Part shown: piece after piece, positions 39,658-57,833 of the stretch | Numbering within the stretch: the first letter of the stretch is position 1 | How the letters are laid out: each line of letters begins with the position of its first letter | Assembly (NCBI GenBank): GCA_046540835.1 | Contig: JBKHEL010000002.1 | Coordinates: 1,723-65,722 of the forward strand | Length of the DNA stretch: 64,000 nucleotides | Source of the DNA: Opitutales bacterium | Lineage (GTDB): Bacteria; Verrucomicrobiota; Verrucomicrobiia; Opitutales; Coraliomargaritaceae | Direction of reading: 5' to 3' | The notes under the pieces: model-generated | Database searches by the model: none | What the model was told of the DNA's origin: nothing | The model's input: the letters and a program-made list of their open reading frames with translations, nothing else | Position numbers and translations under genes: made by a program

Positions 39658-41382
39658 CTATTCTGCGTTCTCCAGTTCGGCGAAGCGCATGACTTCCTCG
39701 AAGGTGGTGGTGCCTTTTTTAATGTGCTCCCAGCCGCTCTGCATGAGGGTCCGCATATCCTGTTGGACGGCAGTTTGGCGGATGAGGCGGGCGGAGTCGC
39801 GCTTGACGACGTGCTCGTGGATTTCGTCGGTCACGCGGAGGATTTCAAAGAGGCCGACGCGCCCGCGGAAGCCGAGGCTGCGGCAGCGCTCGCAGCCGAC
39901 AGCTTCTTTGGCCAGGTGTGCGTGTGCGGCCTCGGCAGAGTCGATACGCATCGTGGCCAGAAAGGTGGCGATTTGCCGGTCGCTGTAGCTGGCGGGCCGT
40001 GCACAATTGGGGCAGAGTCGGCGTACGAGCCGCTGAGCGATGATCATTTCGACGGAGGATGCGATGAGAAAGGGCTCGATCTCCATGTCGACCAATCGGG
40101 TCAGAGCGCCCGGGGCATCGTTCGTGTGGAGGGTGCTGAGCACGAGGTGGCCGGTGAGTGATGCCCGGATCGCGATGTCAGCGGTCTCGCGGTCGCGGAT
40201 CTCGCCAACCATGATGACGTCCGGGTCCTGTCGCAGCACGGCGCGCAGGGATTGTGCGAAGGTGAGGCCGATCTCGGGGTGGACCTGTGTCTGGTTAACG
40301 CCCGGCACTTCGTATTCGACCGGGTCTTCGACGGTGATGATGCGGCGTTCCGGGCGGTTGATCAGCCGGATGAAGGCGGTGAGCGAGGTTGATTTCCCCG
40401 AGCCGGTGGGACCGGTAACGAGGATAATCCCGTGGGGCGTGGCAAGTGTCTGACTGACCCGGCGCTCTTCGTCTGCTGCCAAACCGAGGTCCCGCATGGA
40501 AAGGGGGGAGGATTTCTGATTGAGCAGGCGCAGCGATACGCTCTCTCCATACATGGTGGGGAAGGTGGAGATTCGGATGTCGAGCTCGTTATTGCCCGAG
40601 CCGAAGGAGATGCGCCCGTCCTGGGGCCGGCGTTTTTCCGAGATGTTGAGCTTCGCCATGATCTTGAGCCTGGAGATGATGGCACCCTGAAAGCGGATCA
40701 AATTCTCCGGGACACGTATGGGCACCAGTTCACCGTCGATCCGGTAGCGGATCTGCAGTTCGTCGCGGTGGGGCTCAAAGTGGATATCGGTCGCGCGGTC
40801 GCTGAGCGCTTTGGTCACGACTTCGTTGACGAAGCGGATGACGGCGGCGTTCTCGTCCTCTTCGTTTTCACCCTTATTGTCTTCGGTGTCTGCGATATCG
40901 GTGACCAGTTCAGACTCATCGAGGCTGCCGGAACCGACACCGAAGTGCTCGGTGATGGTCTCGCTGACTTTTTCCGGATCACTCAAATGCCATTCCGGCA
41001 GTCGACCGCAGGTTGCGTAGATCCAGCGATCCATTTTTTCGTCTGGTGGCCAGAGCGTGACCAGTGGGATGGGAGTGGTTGGCAGTGCGGCGGCTTCAGG
41101 GGGACTGTCGCTATCAGCGCTTTCTTTATCAGCCGTTTGCACGGGCACGCATTGATATTCGTGGATCAATCGCAGGGGGAGGGTTGCGGTGGGATTTTCG
41201 ATCAGTTCGATTCGGTCGATGATCGGCAGGCTTGTGCGCTCGGCGATTTCGAGAAGCAGGTCCTTGTTCGAGAGCTGCCGGAAAGAGGCGAGCAGTCCGA
41301 GCTTTTCCGAGAGCGGGGCCTGCTCGACCATAAGGCGCTGCTCATCGTCGATGCGGTGGTAAAGTTGGCTGTTGGTGATCAT
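39658..41382 (-). CDS. GspE/PilB-family secretion ATPase
   Basis: [73 protein letters not shown]. Confidence 0.92.
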   Translation of the reverse strand: MITNSQLYHRIDDEQRLMVEQAPLSEKLGLLASFRQLSNKDLLLEIAERTSLPIIDRIELIENPTATLPLRLIHEYQCVPVQTADKESADSDSPPEAAALPTTPIPLVTLWPPDEKMDRWIYATCGRLPEWHLSDPEKVSETITEHFGVGSGSLDESELVTDIADTEDNKGENEEDENAAVIRFVNEVVTKALSDRATDIHFEPHRDELQIRYRIDGELVPIRVPENLIRFQGAIISRLKIMAKLNISEKRRPQDGRISFGSGNNELDIRISTFPTMYGESVSLRLLNQKSSPLSMRDLGLAADEERRVSQTLATPHGIILVTGPTGSGKSTSLTAFIRLINRPERRIITVEDPVEYEVPGVNQTQVHPEIGLTFAQSLRAVLRQDPDVIMVGEIRDRETADIAIRASLTGHLVLSTLHTNDAPGALTRLVDMEIEPFLIASSVEMIIAQRLVRRLCPNCARPASYSDRQIATFLATMRIDSAEAAHAHLAKEAVGCERCRSLGFRGRVGLFEILRVTDEIHEHVVKRDSARLIRQTAVQQDMRTLMQSGWEHIKKGTTTFEEVMRFAELENAE

Positions 41383-41421
41383 GAGGTGTGGCAAAAAACT
41401 GATGCACTGGATGCACGGGTA

Positions 41422-41805
41422 TTACTCCCAATAATCCTCTCCATAGTCGAAGAAAATCTCTTCGCCCGGCTGAATATCCCGGAGCGCTTCAAAGCGAGCG
41501 GTCTTCCAGCGACTGGAGACAACAAGAAAGGCATTGGGTTCGTCGCTGTGATTGATAAAGCGCGTATAGTTGGCTTTGGGGCCTTCACCGACAATAATAT
41601 GTGTGCGGCAAACCCAGAGCACATAGGCGGAAAAAGGACGATCCGGATCGTAGAACTCTTTTTCCCCGATTATTTCGCCTGTATAGTAGCCGATTGTGTC
41701 TTCCTGTGCGATGGAAACTTTGGTGAAAAGGCCGCGGCCGGCACCCTCGATGGTCGAGGGGCGGACATCAAAGTCGGCTTCGGTCCAGATTCTTTTCTTT
41801 GGCAT
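41422..41805 (-). CDS. SET-domain protein (putative lysine methyltransferase)
   Basis: S.IEGAGRGLF, YTGEII, TRFINHS..PN, RDIQPGEEIFFDYG. Confidence 0.9.
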   Translation of the reverse strand: MPKKRIWTEADFDVRPSTIEGAGRGLFTKVSIAQEDTIGYYTGEIIGEKEFYDPDRPFSAYVLWVCRTHIIVGEGPKANYTRFINHSDEPNAFLVVSSRWKTARFEALRDIQPGEEIFFDYGEDYWE

Positions 41806-41834
41806 ATGGTGGGAACTGAATCATTTTATCCAGA

Positions 41835-42872
<1,038 letters not shown>

Positions 42873-42983
42873 GATGGGTGAGGAGCCGGGGGGCTCCCGG
42901 GGGATTTCAGCATAATTTTCGTGGGGCACATGCGCTTTGTCGCTGACAGTGGAGTGGGATTGTTGCAAAGAAGGAGTAAAGAT

Positions 42984-43976
42984 ATGGCAACGAAGAAGAA
43001 AAAACAGCCCTTGGCGGATGAAGGTCCAAAAGTACGGACGATGTATACGATCCAGCTCGACGAAGCGCAGATGGATCGCCTCGCAGACTATCTTGAGGCA
43101 GGGCATCAGGGGCCCTGGACTCACTATGATGTGGCCTATTCGCTTTTTGCATTCAAGGGCGAAAAGGTGAATGTAGTCGGATATCAGAGTGGAAAACTGG
43201 TCGTCTCCGGCAAGCGGACCGAAGAATTTGTGCAAAACATTCTCGAGGCGGAGATCACCGGAGATCCCCGTCTCGGCTATGATGAGGTGCACCACCCCGA
43301 GTGGTTTGAATTGCATGCCGGGTGTGATGAGAGCGGAAAAGGGGATTTATTCGGCCCCTTGGTTACCGCCTGTGTGATCGCGGATGGCGACATGGTGCGG
43401 CAATGGATCGCGCTCGGCGTAGCCGATAGCAAGAAACTGACGGACGGGAGCATCCTTAAGCTCGACAAAGCGATTCGCCAGACAGAGGGGGTGGTCATCA
43501 GGACTGCATTTGCGCGGATGCCGAAATACAATCAACTCTACGCCAAATTTGACAAGAACCTGAATAAACTGTTGGCCTGGTATCACAGCAAATCGCTGAC
43601 GCAGGCGCTCGACGAGCGTCCGGCACCCTGGGGGCTGCTCGATCAGTTTACCAAGCAAAAGCTGGTCGATGCCTACGTGAAGGACCGCAAGGAGTTTAAA
43701 CTGATCAGCCGGACCAAAGCCGAGTCGGACCCGGTCGTGGCAGCGGCCTCCATAGTCGCCCGAGCGGTTTACGTGCGCGAGATGAAGCGCCTCTCCGATG
43801 AGGCAGGGGAAACTCTGGTGAAAGGGGCGGGGGCCAAAGTGCTGGAGCAGGCAAAAAAAATCGTTGAAAAGAAAGGCCCCGAAGCTTTGGGGAATTTTGC
43901 AAAAATGCATTTTAAGACGGCCTACGAGGCTCAGGGCCTCAAGCCTCCACCCAAACCGCCCTGGGCAAAATATTAA
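42984..43976 (+). CDS. rnhC: Ribonuclease HIII
   Basis: N-terminal TBP-like region (VVGYQSGKLVVSG), GCDESGKGDLFGPLV, GVADSKKL, LLDQF, KAESDPVVAAASIVAR. Confidence 0.92.
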   Translation: MATKKKKQPLADEGPKVRTMYTIQLDEAQMDRLADYLEAGHQGPWTHYDVAYSLFAFKGEKVNVVGYQSGKLVVSGKRTEEFVQNILEAEITGDPRLGYDEVHHPEWFELHAGCDESGKGDLFGPLVTACVIADGDMVRQWIALGVADSKKLTDGSILKLDKAIRQTEGVVIRTAFARMPKYNQLYAKFDKNLNKLLAWYHSKSLTQALDERPAPWGLLDQFTKQKLVDAYVKDRKEFKLISRTKAESDPVVAAASIVARAVYVREMKRLSDEAGETLVKGAGAKVLEQAKKIVEKKGPEALGNFAKMHFKTAYEAQGLKPPPKPPWAKY

Positions 43977-44058
43977 AGCAAGCGTTACAGCGGAACCGCC
44001 CGGCTGGCCATGTCTGCCTTCCATCTGCGGGATGCGGGCTGAGCATCTGAAGACTGCA

Positions 44059-44763
44059 ATGAATTTAAATCCCCTCCAGGCTCACGATGCCCACTGCCTC
44101 AAAGAAAGCAGCTATCTGGTTGGAGTCGACGAGGCCGGTCGGGGTGCGCTCGCCGGGCCCGTCGTCGCCAGTGCTTGCCTGATCGCGCGGGAATTTTTCA
44201 GTTCGGAATCGGTTCTGAGGGGTTCTGCCAGGATCAACGATTCGAAGCAACTCACCGCTGCCGACCGCGAAACCCAGCTTCTCTGCATTGAGAATTTGCG
44301 TGCAAAAGGATGGATCGATCTTGCCGTGGCCGAGGCCTCGGTTGCCGAAATTGCGGACCTGAATATTCTCGGGGCGACACGCCTGGCCATGCAGCGTGCG
44401 CTCTTGCAGCTTTCGGAGCGGGCTCGGGGGTGGACTCTCCCCGCAGCGGAAGCCTCTGGTCCTCTTTTCCAGCAGCAGCCCGCAGTTGTTCGCTGTTTGG
44501 TGGACGGGCGTCCGCTTCGACCTTTTCCCTTCCTGCACGAGGGGCTTGTGAAAGGCGACAGCCGCTCGCTTGCCATTGCCATGGCCAGCATCGCAGCCAA
44601 GGTCCACCGGGACCGTAAAATGACCCGCCTGGCAGACCAGTTCAGCGGATACGGATTTCACCAACATAAGGGCTACGGGACAAAAGCCCACCGCGAGGCG
44701 ATCCGTCATTTGGGACCGAGTCCGATCCACCGAACCCTGTTTCTGCGAAAAATTTTGAACTGA
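44059..44763 (+). CDS. rnhB: Ribonuclease HII
   Basis: GVDEAGRGALAGPVVASA, INDSKQL, LVDG, VKGDSRSLAIAMASIAAKVHRD, HKGYGT..H, HRTLF. Start 44059 or 44032. Confidence 0.93.
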   Translation: MNLNPLQAHDAHCLKESSYLVGVDEAGRGALAGPVVASACLIAREFFSSESVLRGSARINDSKQLTAADRETQLLCIENLRAKGWIDLAVAEASVAEIADLNILGATRLAMQRALLQLSERARGWTLPAAEASGPLFQQQPAVVRCLVDGRPLRPFPFLHEGLVKGDSRSLAIAMASIAAKVHRDRKMTRLADQFSGYGFHQHKGYGTKAHREAIRHLGPSPIHRTLFLRKILN

Positions 44764-44788
44764 GGCGCTTATTTTTTCGAAATAAGTG

Positions 44789-44817
44789 TTGACTGGACTG
44801 AAGCCGCGCGGCACTTT
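44789..44817 (+). promoter_or_regulatory. Candidate sigma-70 promoter of the tRNA-Thr-tuf operon
   Basis: TTGACT-17 nt-CACTTT followed by a GC-rich discriminator (cgcggg). Confidence 0.45.
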
Positions 44818-44894
44818 CGCGGGCTTTCAATTTTTCAACCACGTTCGTGCGTTGAGAACAAGCTCTTTCCGATTCCTTTTCAACAATGCGACAA

Positions 44895-44973
<79 letters not shown>

Positions 44974-45027
44974 AGAAAACGATTCACCCAAACAACAACA
45001 ATCTGATAACAATAACGAACAACCACC

Positions 45028-46218
<1,191 letters not shown>

Positions 46219-46246
46219 TCGAGGGTCTCCTCCCTCCCACAGTTTT

Positions 46247-46275
46247 GCCGAGGGCTCTAACTCAGAGCCCTCGGC
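46247..46275 (+). other. Strong hairpin between tuf and tRNA-Trp (stability or processing element)
   Basis: 12-bp perfect stem gccgagggctct/agagccctcggc, 5-nt loop, no 3' U-tract. Confidence 0.6.
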
Positions 46276-46312
46276 TTCGCTGTCTTCAAACTCACTCGTC
46301 ATTATTTCCCAA

Positions 46313-46388
<76 letters not shown>

Positions 46389-46404
46389 CTTTTCCATCAT
46401 TCGT

Positions 46405-46608
46405 ATGAAAAACCCGTTCAGAAGCATCCGTCTCTTTTATAAAGAGATGATGACCGAGCTTAAAAAAGCTTCATGGCCCACCAAGACAGAGTTGAGGGAT
46501 TCGACCGTCGTGGTGCTGGTTGCGACAGCCATACTTGGTTCCTATATTGCACTGGCGGACTTTTCCCTGATGAACGGGGTTGAACTGCTGACCTCCTGGG
46601 TCCGCTAG
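46405..46608 (+). CDS. secE: Preprotein translocase subunit SecE
   Basis: ELKKASWPTKTEL...TVVV plus one TM; synteny. Confidence 0.93.
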   Translation: MKNPFRSIRLFYKEMMTELKKASWPTKTELRDSTVVVLVATAILGSYIALADFSLMNGVELLTSWVR

Positions 46609-46686
46609 CTGCTGCTTTGGCGACGACCTCACCCATTCGGGATTAAATCCCGAGAAAGCCACCTATACACACTTTAACAGAGAACC

Positions 46687-47262
46687 ATGTCGGATTCTTC
46701 CATTACAGGCCCACGCTGGTATGCCGTCCAGACGCTCTCCAACCAGGAGCAGAAGGCAAAAAAATATCTCGATAAGTTTATCGCTGTCGAAGAGATGGAG
46801 GATTTTGTTTTCGACGTGCTGATGCCTGTCGAGACGGTCACAGAAGTCAAAAGTGGCAAGAAGTCGACCAAGACCCGAAAGTTCTACCCGGGTTATGTAT
46901 TCGTCAACATGCGTCTTTATGACGACGACGGCAAACTCCTGCAAAAACCCTGGTATTTCGTGCGCGAAGCGCAGGGGGTGATCAATTTCGTCGGAGGCGA
47001 CCGTCCGACCCCGCTGAAGAAAAGCGAGATTGAGCGCATTCTCACCCAAGTCGAGGAGGCTGAAGGTAAAGAGAAGCCAAAGATTGAATACGATCTTGGA
47101 GAAATGGTCAAAGTCAACGACGGTCCCTTTGCGAATCTGGTTGGTAAGATCGAGGAAATCGATCCCGACCGGGGTCGGCTCAAAGTCTCCGTTTCCATTT
47201 TTGGGCGCTACACGCCCGTCGAACTCGAATACTGGCAAGTCCAGCGAACCGAAGAAAGCTAA
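46687..47262 (+). CDS. nusG: Transcription termination/antitermination factor NusG
   Basis: WYAVQT.S.QE, KFYPGYVFV, KOW motif VKVNDGPFA, VSIFGRYTPVEL. Confidence 0.97.
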   Translation: MSDSSITGPRWYAVQTLSNQEQKAKKYLDKFIAVEEMEDFVFDVLMPVETVTEVKSGKKSTKTRKFYPGYVFVNMRLYDDDGKLLQKPWYFVREAQGVINFVGGDRPTPLKKSEIERILTQVEEAEGKEKPKIEYDLGEMVKVNDGPFANLVGKIEEIDPDRGRLKVSVSIFGRYTPVELEYWQVQRTEES

Positions 47263-47268
47263 TCCATC

Positions 47269-47694
<426 letters not shown>

Positions 47695-47747
47695 TTCAAA
47701 CGAAGGGCTGTTCCGGCTCTTCACTCACCCAAAAAATAGAGATAAAC

Positions 47748-48452
47748 ATGGCCACCCAGCAAATAAAGGGAAGCAAACGCTACCGTTCGGCCGTCGAAAT
47801 GGCGGACTTGACGAAGACTTACTCGGTCGAAGAAGCGTCTGCGTTACTCAGCAAACTACCGAAGGCAAAATTCGACGAAACGGTCGAAATTTATGCCCAC
47901 CTCGCCGTCGATGCGCGCAAAAGCGATCAGATGGTCCGCGGCACGCTCTCGCTTCCAAACGGAAGCGGGAAGACCGTGCGCGTGATCGTCTTCACCGAAA
48001 ACCCGGAGGAAGCGACAGCGGCCGGGGCCGACGAAGCCGGCCTCGACGAGCTGATTGAAAAAGTTCTCGGCGGTTGGACCGATTTCGATGTCGCGATTGC
48101 CACGACCAGTGCGATGAAGAGTGTGCGTAAAGTCGCCCGTGTGCTCGGCCCCCGCGGGCTCATGCCGAATCCGAAGTCCGGCACGGTGACCGACGACGTC
48201 CCTGCGGGGATCAAAGAGGTAAAAGGGGGGCGCGTTGAATTCAAGATGGATAAGACCTCGAATGTCGCCATCGTTGTCGGGAAGCGCTCCTTCACCCCGG
48301 AGCAGATCGTCGAAAATGCCGAAGCTGCCGTCAAAGCGCTCAGCGAAGCAAGACCCAAGGCGATCACCGGGAAGTTTATCAAGAGCCTCACCTTGAGCGC
48401 CACCATGAGCCCGGGCATCTCCGTTGATCCCGCGCCGTATAACAAAAACTAA
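47748..48452 (+). CDS. rplA: 50S ribosomal protein L1
   Basis: AKFDETVE, LGPRGLMPNPKSGTVT, TMSPG. Confidence 0.98.
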   Translation: MATQQIKGSKRYRSAVEMADLTKTYSVEEASALLSKLPKAKFDETVEIYAHLAVDARKSDQMVRGTLSLPNGSGKTVRVIVFTENPEEATAAGADEAGLDELIEKVLGGWTDFDVAIATTSAMKSVRKVARVLGPRGLMPNPKSGTVTDDVPAGIKEVKGGRVEFKMDKTSNVAIVVGKRSFTPEQIVENAEAAVKALSEARPKAITGKFIKSLTLSATMSPGISVDPAPYNKN

Positions 48453-48467
48453 GGAGAGACCGAACCG

Positions 48468-48989
48468 ATGAGACCAGAAAAAGAATATCTCGTGGAAGAG
48501 GTGAGTGAGCATCTCGCCAAGTCCGATTACGTCTATCTCGCCAATTACGAGCGGATCACCGTCGACGAAACAGAAGAGCTCCGGACCTCCCTGGCTGAGC
48601 ACGAAGCGGAATTTCATGTCGTCAAGAACAGCATCTTCAATGTTGCGGCAACCCGAAAGGAATATCCGGACCTGAGCGAGCATCTGAGCGGCCCGACGGC
48701 CATCATTGTCGGGGGGAATAATCCCTCCGGCGTGGCCAAGGTGCTCGGTAAGTTTTTTAAGGACAAGGAAAAGGTTGAAGTCAAAGCCGGTCTGCTAAAC
48801 GAACGGACCTTGACGAAGGAACAAATCGAAGCACTGGCCAAGCTGCCCGGCCTCGAGTCACTCCGCGCCCAGCTCCTCGGTCTGCTCACGCAGCCCGGCA
48901 CCGGACTCGTCCGCGTGCTCAATGCTGTGCCGCAAAATCTCCTCAACGTGCTTCAGGCCAAAGTCCGGGAGGAAGAGGGCGCAGCCTGA
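48468..48989 (+). CDS. rplJ: 50S ribosomal protein L10
   Basis: FHVVKNSI, LSGPTAI, LAKLPGLESLRAQLLGLL; SD aaggag. Confidence 0.96.
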   Translation: MRPEKEYLVEEVSEHLAKSDYVYLANYERITVDETEELRTSLAEHEAEFHVVKNSIFNVAATRKEYPDLSEHLSGPTAIIVGGNNPSGVAKVLGKFFKDKEKVEVKAGLLNERTLTKEQIEALAKLPGLESLRAQLLGLLTQPGTGLVRVLNAVPQNLLNVLQAKVREEEGAA

Positions 48990-49124
48990 GGCTTTCCACC
49001 AATTTTGCCGCAGCCAATTGGCAGCGGCCGAAAACACAACAGAACCAAAATATACGGTTAGGAGGAATTCGCCTCTTAAATGTCTCTGTCGAAGAGACGC
49101 TAACCCATTGAAAGGTAAAACATC

Positions 49125-49514
49125 ATGTCAGACATCACAAAAGAACAAGTCGTCGAGTGGCTCAGTGCCCAAACCGTGCTCGAAGTCGCCGATCTGGTTA
49201 AAGAACTCGAGGAAAAGTGGGGCGTCAGCGCTGCTGCTCCTGTCGCTGTCGCCGCTGGTGGCGCTCCTGCCGGGGGTGGCGCCGAGGAAGCTGAAGAGGA
49301 AAAAGACGAGTTTGACGTCATCCTCAAGGCTGCCGGCTCGAACAAGATTGGCGCGATTAAAGAAGTTCGCGCGATTACAGGTCTCGGCCTGAAGGAAGCC
49401 AAAGAACTGGTCGAAGGTGCTCCCAAGCCCGTCAAGGAAGCAGTTTCGAAGGACGAGGCCGAAGAGCTCAAGAAGAAGCTCGAAGCTGCCGGCGCCGAAG
49501 TCGAATTAAAATAA
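49125..49514 (+). CDS. rplL: 50S ribosomal protein L7/L12
   Basis: [43 protein letters not shown]. Confidence 0.98.
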   Translation: MSDITKEQVVEWLSAQTVLEVADLVKELEEKWGVSAAAPVAVAAGGAPAGGGAEEAEEEKDEFDVILKAAGSNKIGAIKEVRAITGLGLKEAKELVEGAPKPVKEAVSKDEAEELKKKLEAAGAEVELK

Positions 49515-49554
49515 ATCTGAATACTCGCATATACCCAGTATACGAACAGTTGCA

Positions 49555-49606
49555 CAGTTAGGTGAGTTTCGGGCTGTAAAGCCCGAGACTCCGCCTAGCT
49601 GTTTTT
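49555..49606 (+). terminator. Long terminator/attenuator hairpin between rplL and rpoB
   Basis: cagttagg..gagtttcgggct-GTAA-agcccgagactc..cctagctg followed immediately by TTTTT. Confidence 0.8.
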
Positions 49607-49677
49607 GTCTTTCCGCCGCTCACACGGCACCTTGCAAGTCACATCACAAATAAATACCGTTTCACGGATCCCGCATC

Positions 49678-52600
49678 ATGTCACAGCGCAAAAACTTCGG
49701 TCAACTCAAGGAAGTCATTCAACCACCCAACCTGATTGAGAATCAGGTGGATTCCTATAAGGAGTTTCTCCAGATGGATTTGCCCCCGACGCAGCGGAAG
49801 CACACCGGTCTCGAGGCAGTTTTTTCCGAGGTTTTTCCGATTGAGAGCTATGACAGCCGCTGCCATCTGGAGTATGTGAGCTACAGCGTGACGCCCCCCC
49901 GCGAGACAGAGATCGAAGCGATCCGCGAGGGTGTGACGTATTCTGTTTCACTTTATGTCAAACTTCGCTTGCGCGAGGAGGACCACATCAAGGACGAGGA
50001 AATTTACATGGGCGAGCTGCCCCTGGTCTCGGAGCGGGGCTCTTTTATTATCAACGGTGCTGAGCGGGTGATCGTCAGTCAGCTCCACCGCTCCCCGGGC
50101 ATCTCTTTCGAAGAGAGCACCCACACCAGCGGTAAAACGCTCCACGCCTTTCGGATTATCCCGGACCGCGGGACCTGGCTCGAAGTCCAGTTCGACCAGA
50201 ACGATCTCCTCTACGTTTATCTCGACCGCCGCCGCCGTCGCCGCAAGTTCCTGTTGACGACCCTCCTGCGCGCCATGGGCTATGGCTCGGACGCGGAGAT
50301 TCTCAATCTTTTCTACGATCTCGATGAAGTCTCCGTTGCCGATGCACTGAAGCGGGAGACGGTCTCCAATCTGGTCTTGACCGAGGACATTGTCGACGCG
50401 GACAAGGGCGTCGTTCTGGCCCGCGCCTTTGAGCCCCTGACGAAGACGATTGTCCGCTCCTTTGAGAAGGCCGGCCTGAAAAAAGTTGTCGCGATCGATA
50501 CCTCGGTCGACGACGGCGCCGTCATCCGCTGCCTCAAGAAGGATCCGACGCAGAACGAGGAAGAAGCGCTGAAAGATATCTACAAGCGTCTCCGCCCCGG
50601 GGAACCGCCCACAACGGCAAATGCCAAGGCACTGCTCCAGCGTCTGTTTCAGGATCCGCGCCGTTACGACCTTGGGCGCGTTGGCCGCTATAAGCTGAAC
50701 CAGAAGCTCAAGATGGATACCGATCTCGACTTCCGCGTGATCAACGCGGAGGATGTGGTCGAGGCCACGAAATACCTCTCACGCCTGAAGCGGGGCGAGG
50801 GGACGCTTGATGACATCGACCACTTGGGGAGTCGTCGTGTGCGCACTATTGGTGAGCTGCTGGCGAACCAATGCCGACTCGGGCTGGCCCGCACCGAGCG
50901 CCTCGTGCGCGAGCGCATGACGCTCTATGATCAAAGCGTCGATTCGATCTCGCCTCAAAAGCTGATTAATCCAAAAGCGCTGAGCACGGTGATCCGTGAT
51001 TTCTTCGCCCGCAGCCAGCTTTCCCAGTTCATGGACCAGATCAACCCACTGGCTGAGCTGACGCATAAGCGCCGTCTCTCCGCGCTGGGGCCGGGTGGTT
51101 TGAACCGTGAGCGCGCCGGCTTCGAAGTGCGCGACGTGCACCCGACACACTACGGGCGGATCTGCCCGATTGAGACACCGGAAGGCCCCAACATCGGGTT
51201 GATCAACTCGCTCTCGCTCTACTCCCGGATCAACGAGTTCGGTTTTATCGAGACGCCCTATCGTAAGGTGGTCGATGGTAAGGTTTCCGATGACGTCGAA
51301 TACCTGAATGCTGACCAGGAGGAGCCCTTCATGATCGCTCAGGCAAACTCTGAGATCGATGAAAACGGTTACCTTGTGGGTAAGCGGGTGACATGCCGGA
51401 ACCAGGACGAAGTCCTCGAGCTTTCCCCGGTGGAAGTCGATTACATGGATGTGTCGCCGAAACAACTCGTTTCCGTAGCAGCCGGCCTCATTCCCTTCCT
51501 TGAGCACGATGATGCCAACCGTGCGCTCATGGGTTCGAACATGCAACGCCAGGGCGTGCCGCTTCTGAAGTCCGAGGCACCCTTTGTCGGGACAGGGATC
51601 GAGAGCCGTGTCGCGATCGACTCCAAGTCGGTTGAAGTCGCCGATATCGACGGGATTATTGCCGAGGTCGACGCCCGCCACATCGTCCTGACGAAGGATG
51701 GGCAGCTGCCTGCCCGCACGAAGGACCTGAAGACGGATCCCAAAAAGGACATTTACGTTTACCCACTTCGCAAATTCATGCGCTCAAACGCGGGCACTTG
51801 CTTCAACCAGAAGCCCATCGTGACCCGGGGGCAACCGGTGAAGAAGGGGGATATCCTCGCTGATGGTGCGTCCACAGATGAGGGCGAACTGGCGATTGGG
51901 CGCAACGTGCTCGTGGCCTTCATGCCGTGGAACGGGTATAACTTTGAGGATGCGATCCTGATCTCGGACAAGATCGTCAAAGACGATGTCTTCACCTCGA
52001 TCCACATCAGCGAATACGAAGTGACCGCGCGTGACACCAAATTGGGTCCTGAAGAGATTACCCGCGATATCCCGAATGTCGGTGAAGAGGCGCTCAAGAA
52101 CCTGAACCACGACGGGGTCATCCGTGTCGGCGCTGAAGTGAAGCCCGGCGATATTCTGGTGGGTAAAATTACCCCGAAGTCCGAGACCGAACTCGCACCG
52201 GAAGAAAAGTTGCTGCGTGCGATTTTCGGCGAAAAAGCCGCCGATGTGAAAGATACTTCGCTCATCGTTCCTTCGGGCGCGACCGGCATTGTCATGGACG
52301 TTAAGGTCTCCGCCCGTGTGGACGGAGAGCCCGAACAGATGTCGGCCTCCGACCGCCGCCGCCAGATCAAGAAAATCAATGAAGAATACCGCTCACAGAG
52401 CGATAAGCTCCGCGAAGATCTGACCGAGGCGCTCTCGAATATTCTACTAGGTGAAAAAATCCCGCTCGACGTGAAAAACGGTGAAACGGGTGAAGTCATC
52501 ATCCCGGCGAACCGCAAGATCACCAAGACCTTGCTCCGTCGGCTCGCTGCAGTCTCCAAGGATCTCGATATCGACCCCTCTCCGGTGAAGATCAAGATTA

Positions 52601-53472
52601 TGGAGATCGTCAACAACTACCAAAGCAAGTTTGACGAACTCGACTACGACCGCGAACGCAAGGTTGAGGGCGTCGAATCCGGCGAAGATACCGATCAGGG
52701 AGTCGTCAAAAGCGTGAAGGTCTACGTGGCGAAAAAATGCAAGATGCAGGTCGGGGATAAGATGTCCGGCCGTCACGGGAATAAGGGCGTCGTTGCGAAA
52801 ATCGTGCCCGAAGAAGACATGCCGCATCTACCCGATGGCACACCGATCGAAATCTGCCTCAACCCGCTCGGGGTGCCTTCCCGGATGAACGTGGGGCAGG
52901 TGCTTGAAGTTCACCTCGGCTGGGCCTGTAAGAAGCTCGGCCTAAAGGTTGGCACGCCCGTCTTCGACGGGATCAGTGAGACCCGCGTCCGTGAATACCT
53001 CGAAGAGGCCGGTCTCCCCTCGACTGGAAAGAGCATCCTCTACGATGGACAGACCGGAGAGCAACTCCACCAGGAAGTGGTCGTCGGCTACATGTATATG
53101 TTGAAGCTGAATCACCTTGTTTCCTCCAAGATTCACGCCCGTGCGGTCGGTCCCTACTCGCTCATCACACAGCAACCGCTGGGTGGCAAGGCGCAGTATG
53201 GCGGTCAGCGCTTCGGGGAGATGGAAGTCTGGGCGCTCGAAGCGTATGGTGCCGCCTACACCCTGCAGGAACTCCTCACCGTCAAGTCCGACGATGTGGC
53301 GGGGCGGACGCGTATCTACGAGTCGCTCGTCAAGGGGGACAACAGCCTGCAAGCCGGCACGCCTCAGTCCTTCAATGTCCTGATGAAAGAGATCCAAAGT
53401 CTCTGCCTCGACGTCCGCCTGGGCACTGAAGGCAAGCTCGATTTGGAAACCGCCGCTCCGCTTGAAGCCTGA
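49678..53472 (+). CDS. rpoB: RNA polymerase beta subunit
   Basis: [61 protein letters not shown]. Confidence 0.99.
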   Translation: MSQRKNFGQLKEVIQPPNLIENQVDSYKEFLQMDLPPTQRKHTGLEAVFSEVFPIESYDSRCHLEYVSYSVTPPRETEIEAIREGVTYSVSLYVKLRLREEDHIKDEEIYMGELPLVSERGSFIINGAERVIVSQLHRSPGISFEESTHTSGKTLHAFRIIPDRGTWLEVQFDQNDLLYVYLDRRRRRRKFLLTTLLRAMGYGSDAEILNLFYDLDEVSVADALKRETVSNLVLTEDIVDADKGVVLARAFEPLTKTIVRSFEKAGLKKVVAIDTSVDDGAVIRCLKKDPTQNEEEALKDIYKRLRPGEPPTTANAKALLQRLFQDPRRYDLGRVGRYKLNQKLKMDTDLDFRVINAEDVVEATKYLSRLKRGEGTLDDIDHLGSRRVRTIGELLANQCRLGLARTERLVRERMTLYDQSVDSISPQKLINPKALSTVIRDFFARSQLSQFMDQINPLAELTHKRRLSALGPGGLNRERAGFEVRDVHPTHYGRICPIETPEGPNIGLINSLSLYSRINEFGFIETPYRKVVDGKVSDDVEYLNADQEEPFMIAQANSEIDENGYLVGKRVTCRNQDEVLELSPVEVDYMDVSPKQLVSVAAGLIPFLEHDDANRALMGSNMQRQGVPLLKSEAPFVGTGIESRVAIDSKSVEVADIDGIIAEVDARHIVLTKDGQLPARTKDLKTDPKKDIYVYPLRKFMRSNAGTCFNQKPIVTRGQPVKKGDILADGASTDEGELAIGRNVLVAFMPWNGYNFEDAILISDKIVKDDVFTSIHISEYEVTARDTKLGPEEITRDIPNVGEEALKNLNHDGVIRVGAEVKPGDILVGKITPKSETELAPEEKLLRAIFGEKAADVKDTSLIVPSGATGIVMDVKVSARVDGEPEQMSASDRRRQIKKINEEYRSQSDKLREDLTEALSNILLGEKIPLDVKNGETGEVIIPANRKITKTLLRRLAAVSKDLDIDPSPVKIKIMEIVNNYQSKFDELDYDRERKVEGVESGEDTDQGVVKSVKVYVAKKCKMQVGDKMSGRHGNKGVVAKIVPEEDMPHLPDGTPIEICLNPLGVPSRMNVGQVLEVHLGWACKKLGLKVGTPVFDGISETRVREYLEEAGLPSTGKSILYDGQTGEQLHQEVVVGYMYMLKLNHLVSSKIHARAVGPYSLITQQPLGGKAQYGGQRFGEMEVWALEAYGAAYTLQELLTVKSDDVAGRTRIYESLVKGDNSLQAGTPQSFNVLMKEIQSLCLDVRLGTEGKLDLETAAPLEA

Positions 53473-53515
53473 GCGTCTTCGCATACACGAAACATTTAAA
53501 AAAAGGTTGAACTCA

Positions 53516-57751
<4,236 letters not shown>

Positions 57752-57775
57752 TCTCCGGCGGATATCATTCTCCAC

Positions 57776-57806
57776 AAAAGCCCGCTCAGCCGAGCGGGCT
57801 TTTTTT
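57776..57806 (+). terminator. Intrinsic (bidirectional-type) terminator after rpoC
   Basis: aaaagcccgctc-agcc-gagcgggcttttttt. Confidence 0.9.
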
Positions 57807-57833
57807 GAACCGCCCGTATCACTCAACGAATCC

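Noticed and set aside
51001-51100. Possible intrinsic rifampicin resistance in RpoB
   Set aside because: Residues equivalent to E. coli Q513, D516, H526 and S531 are all the sensitive type.
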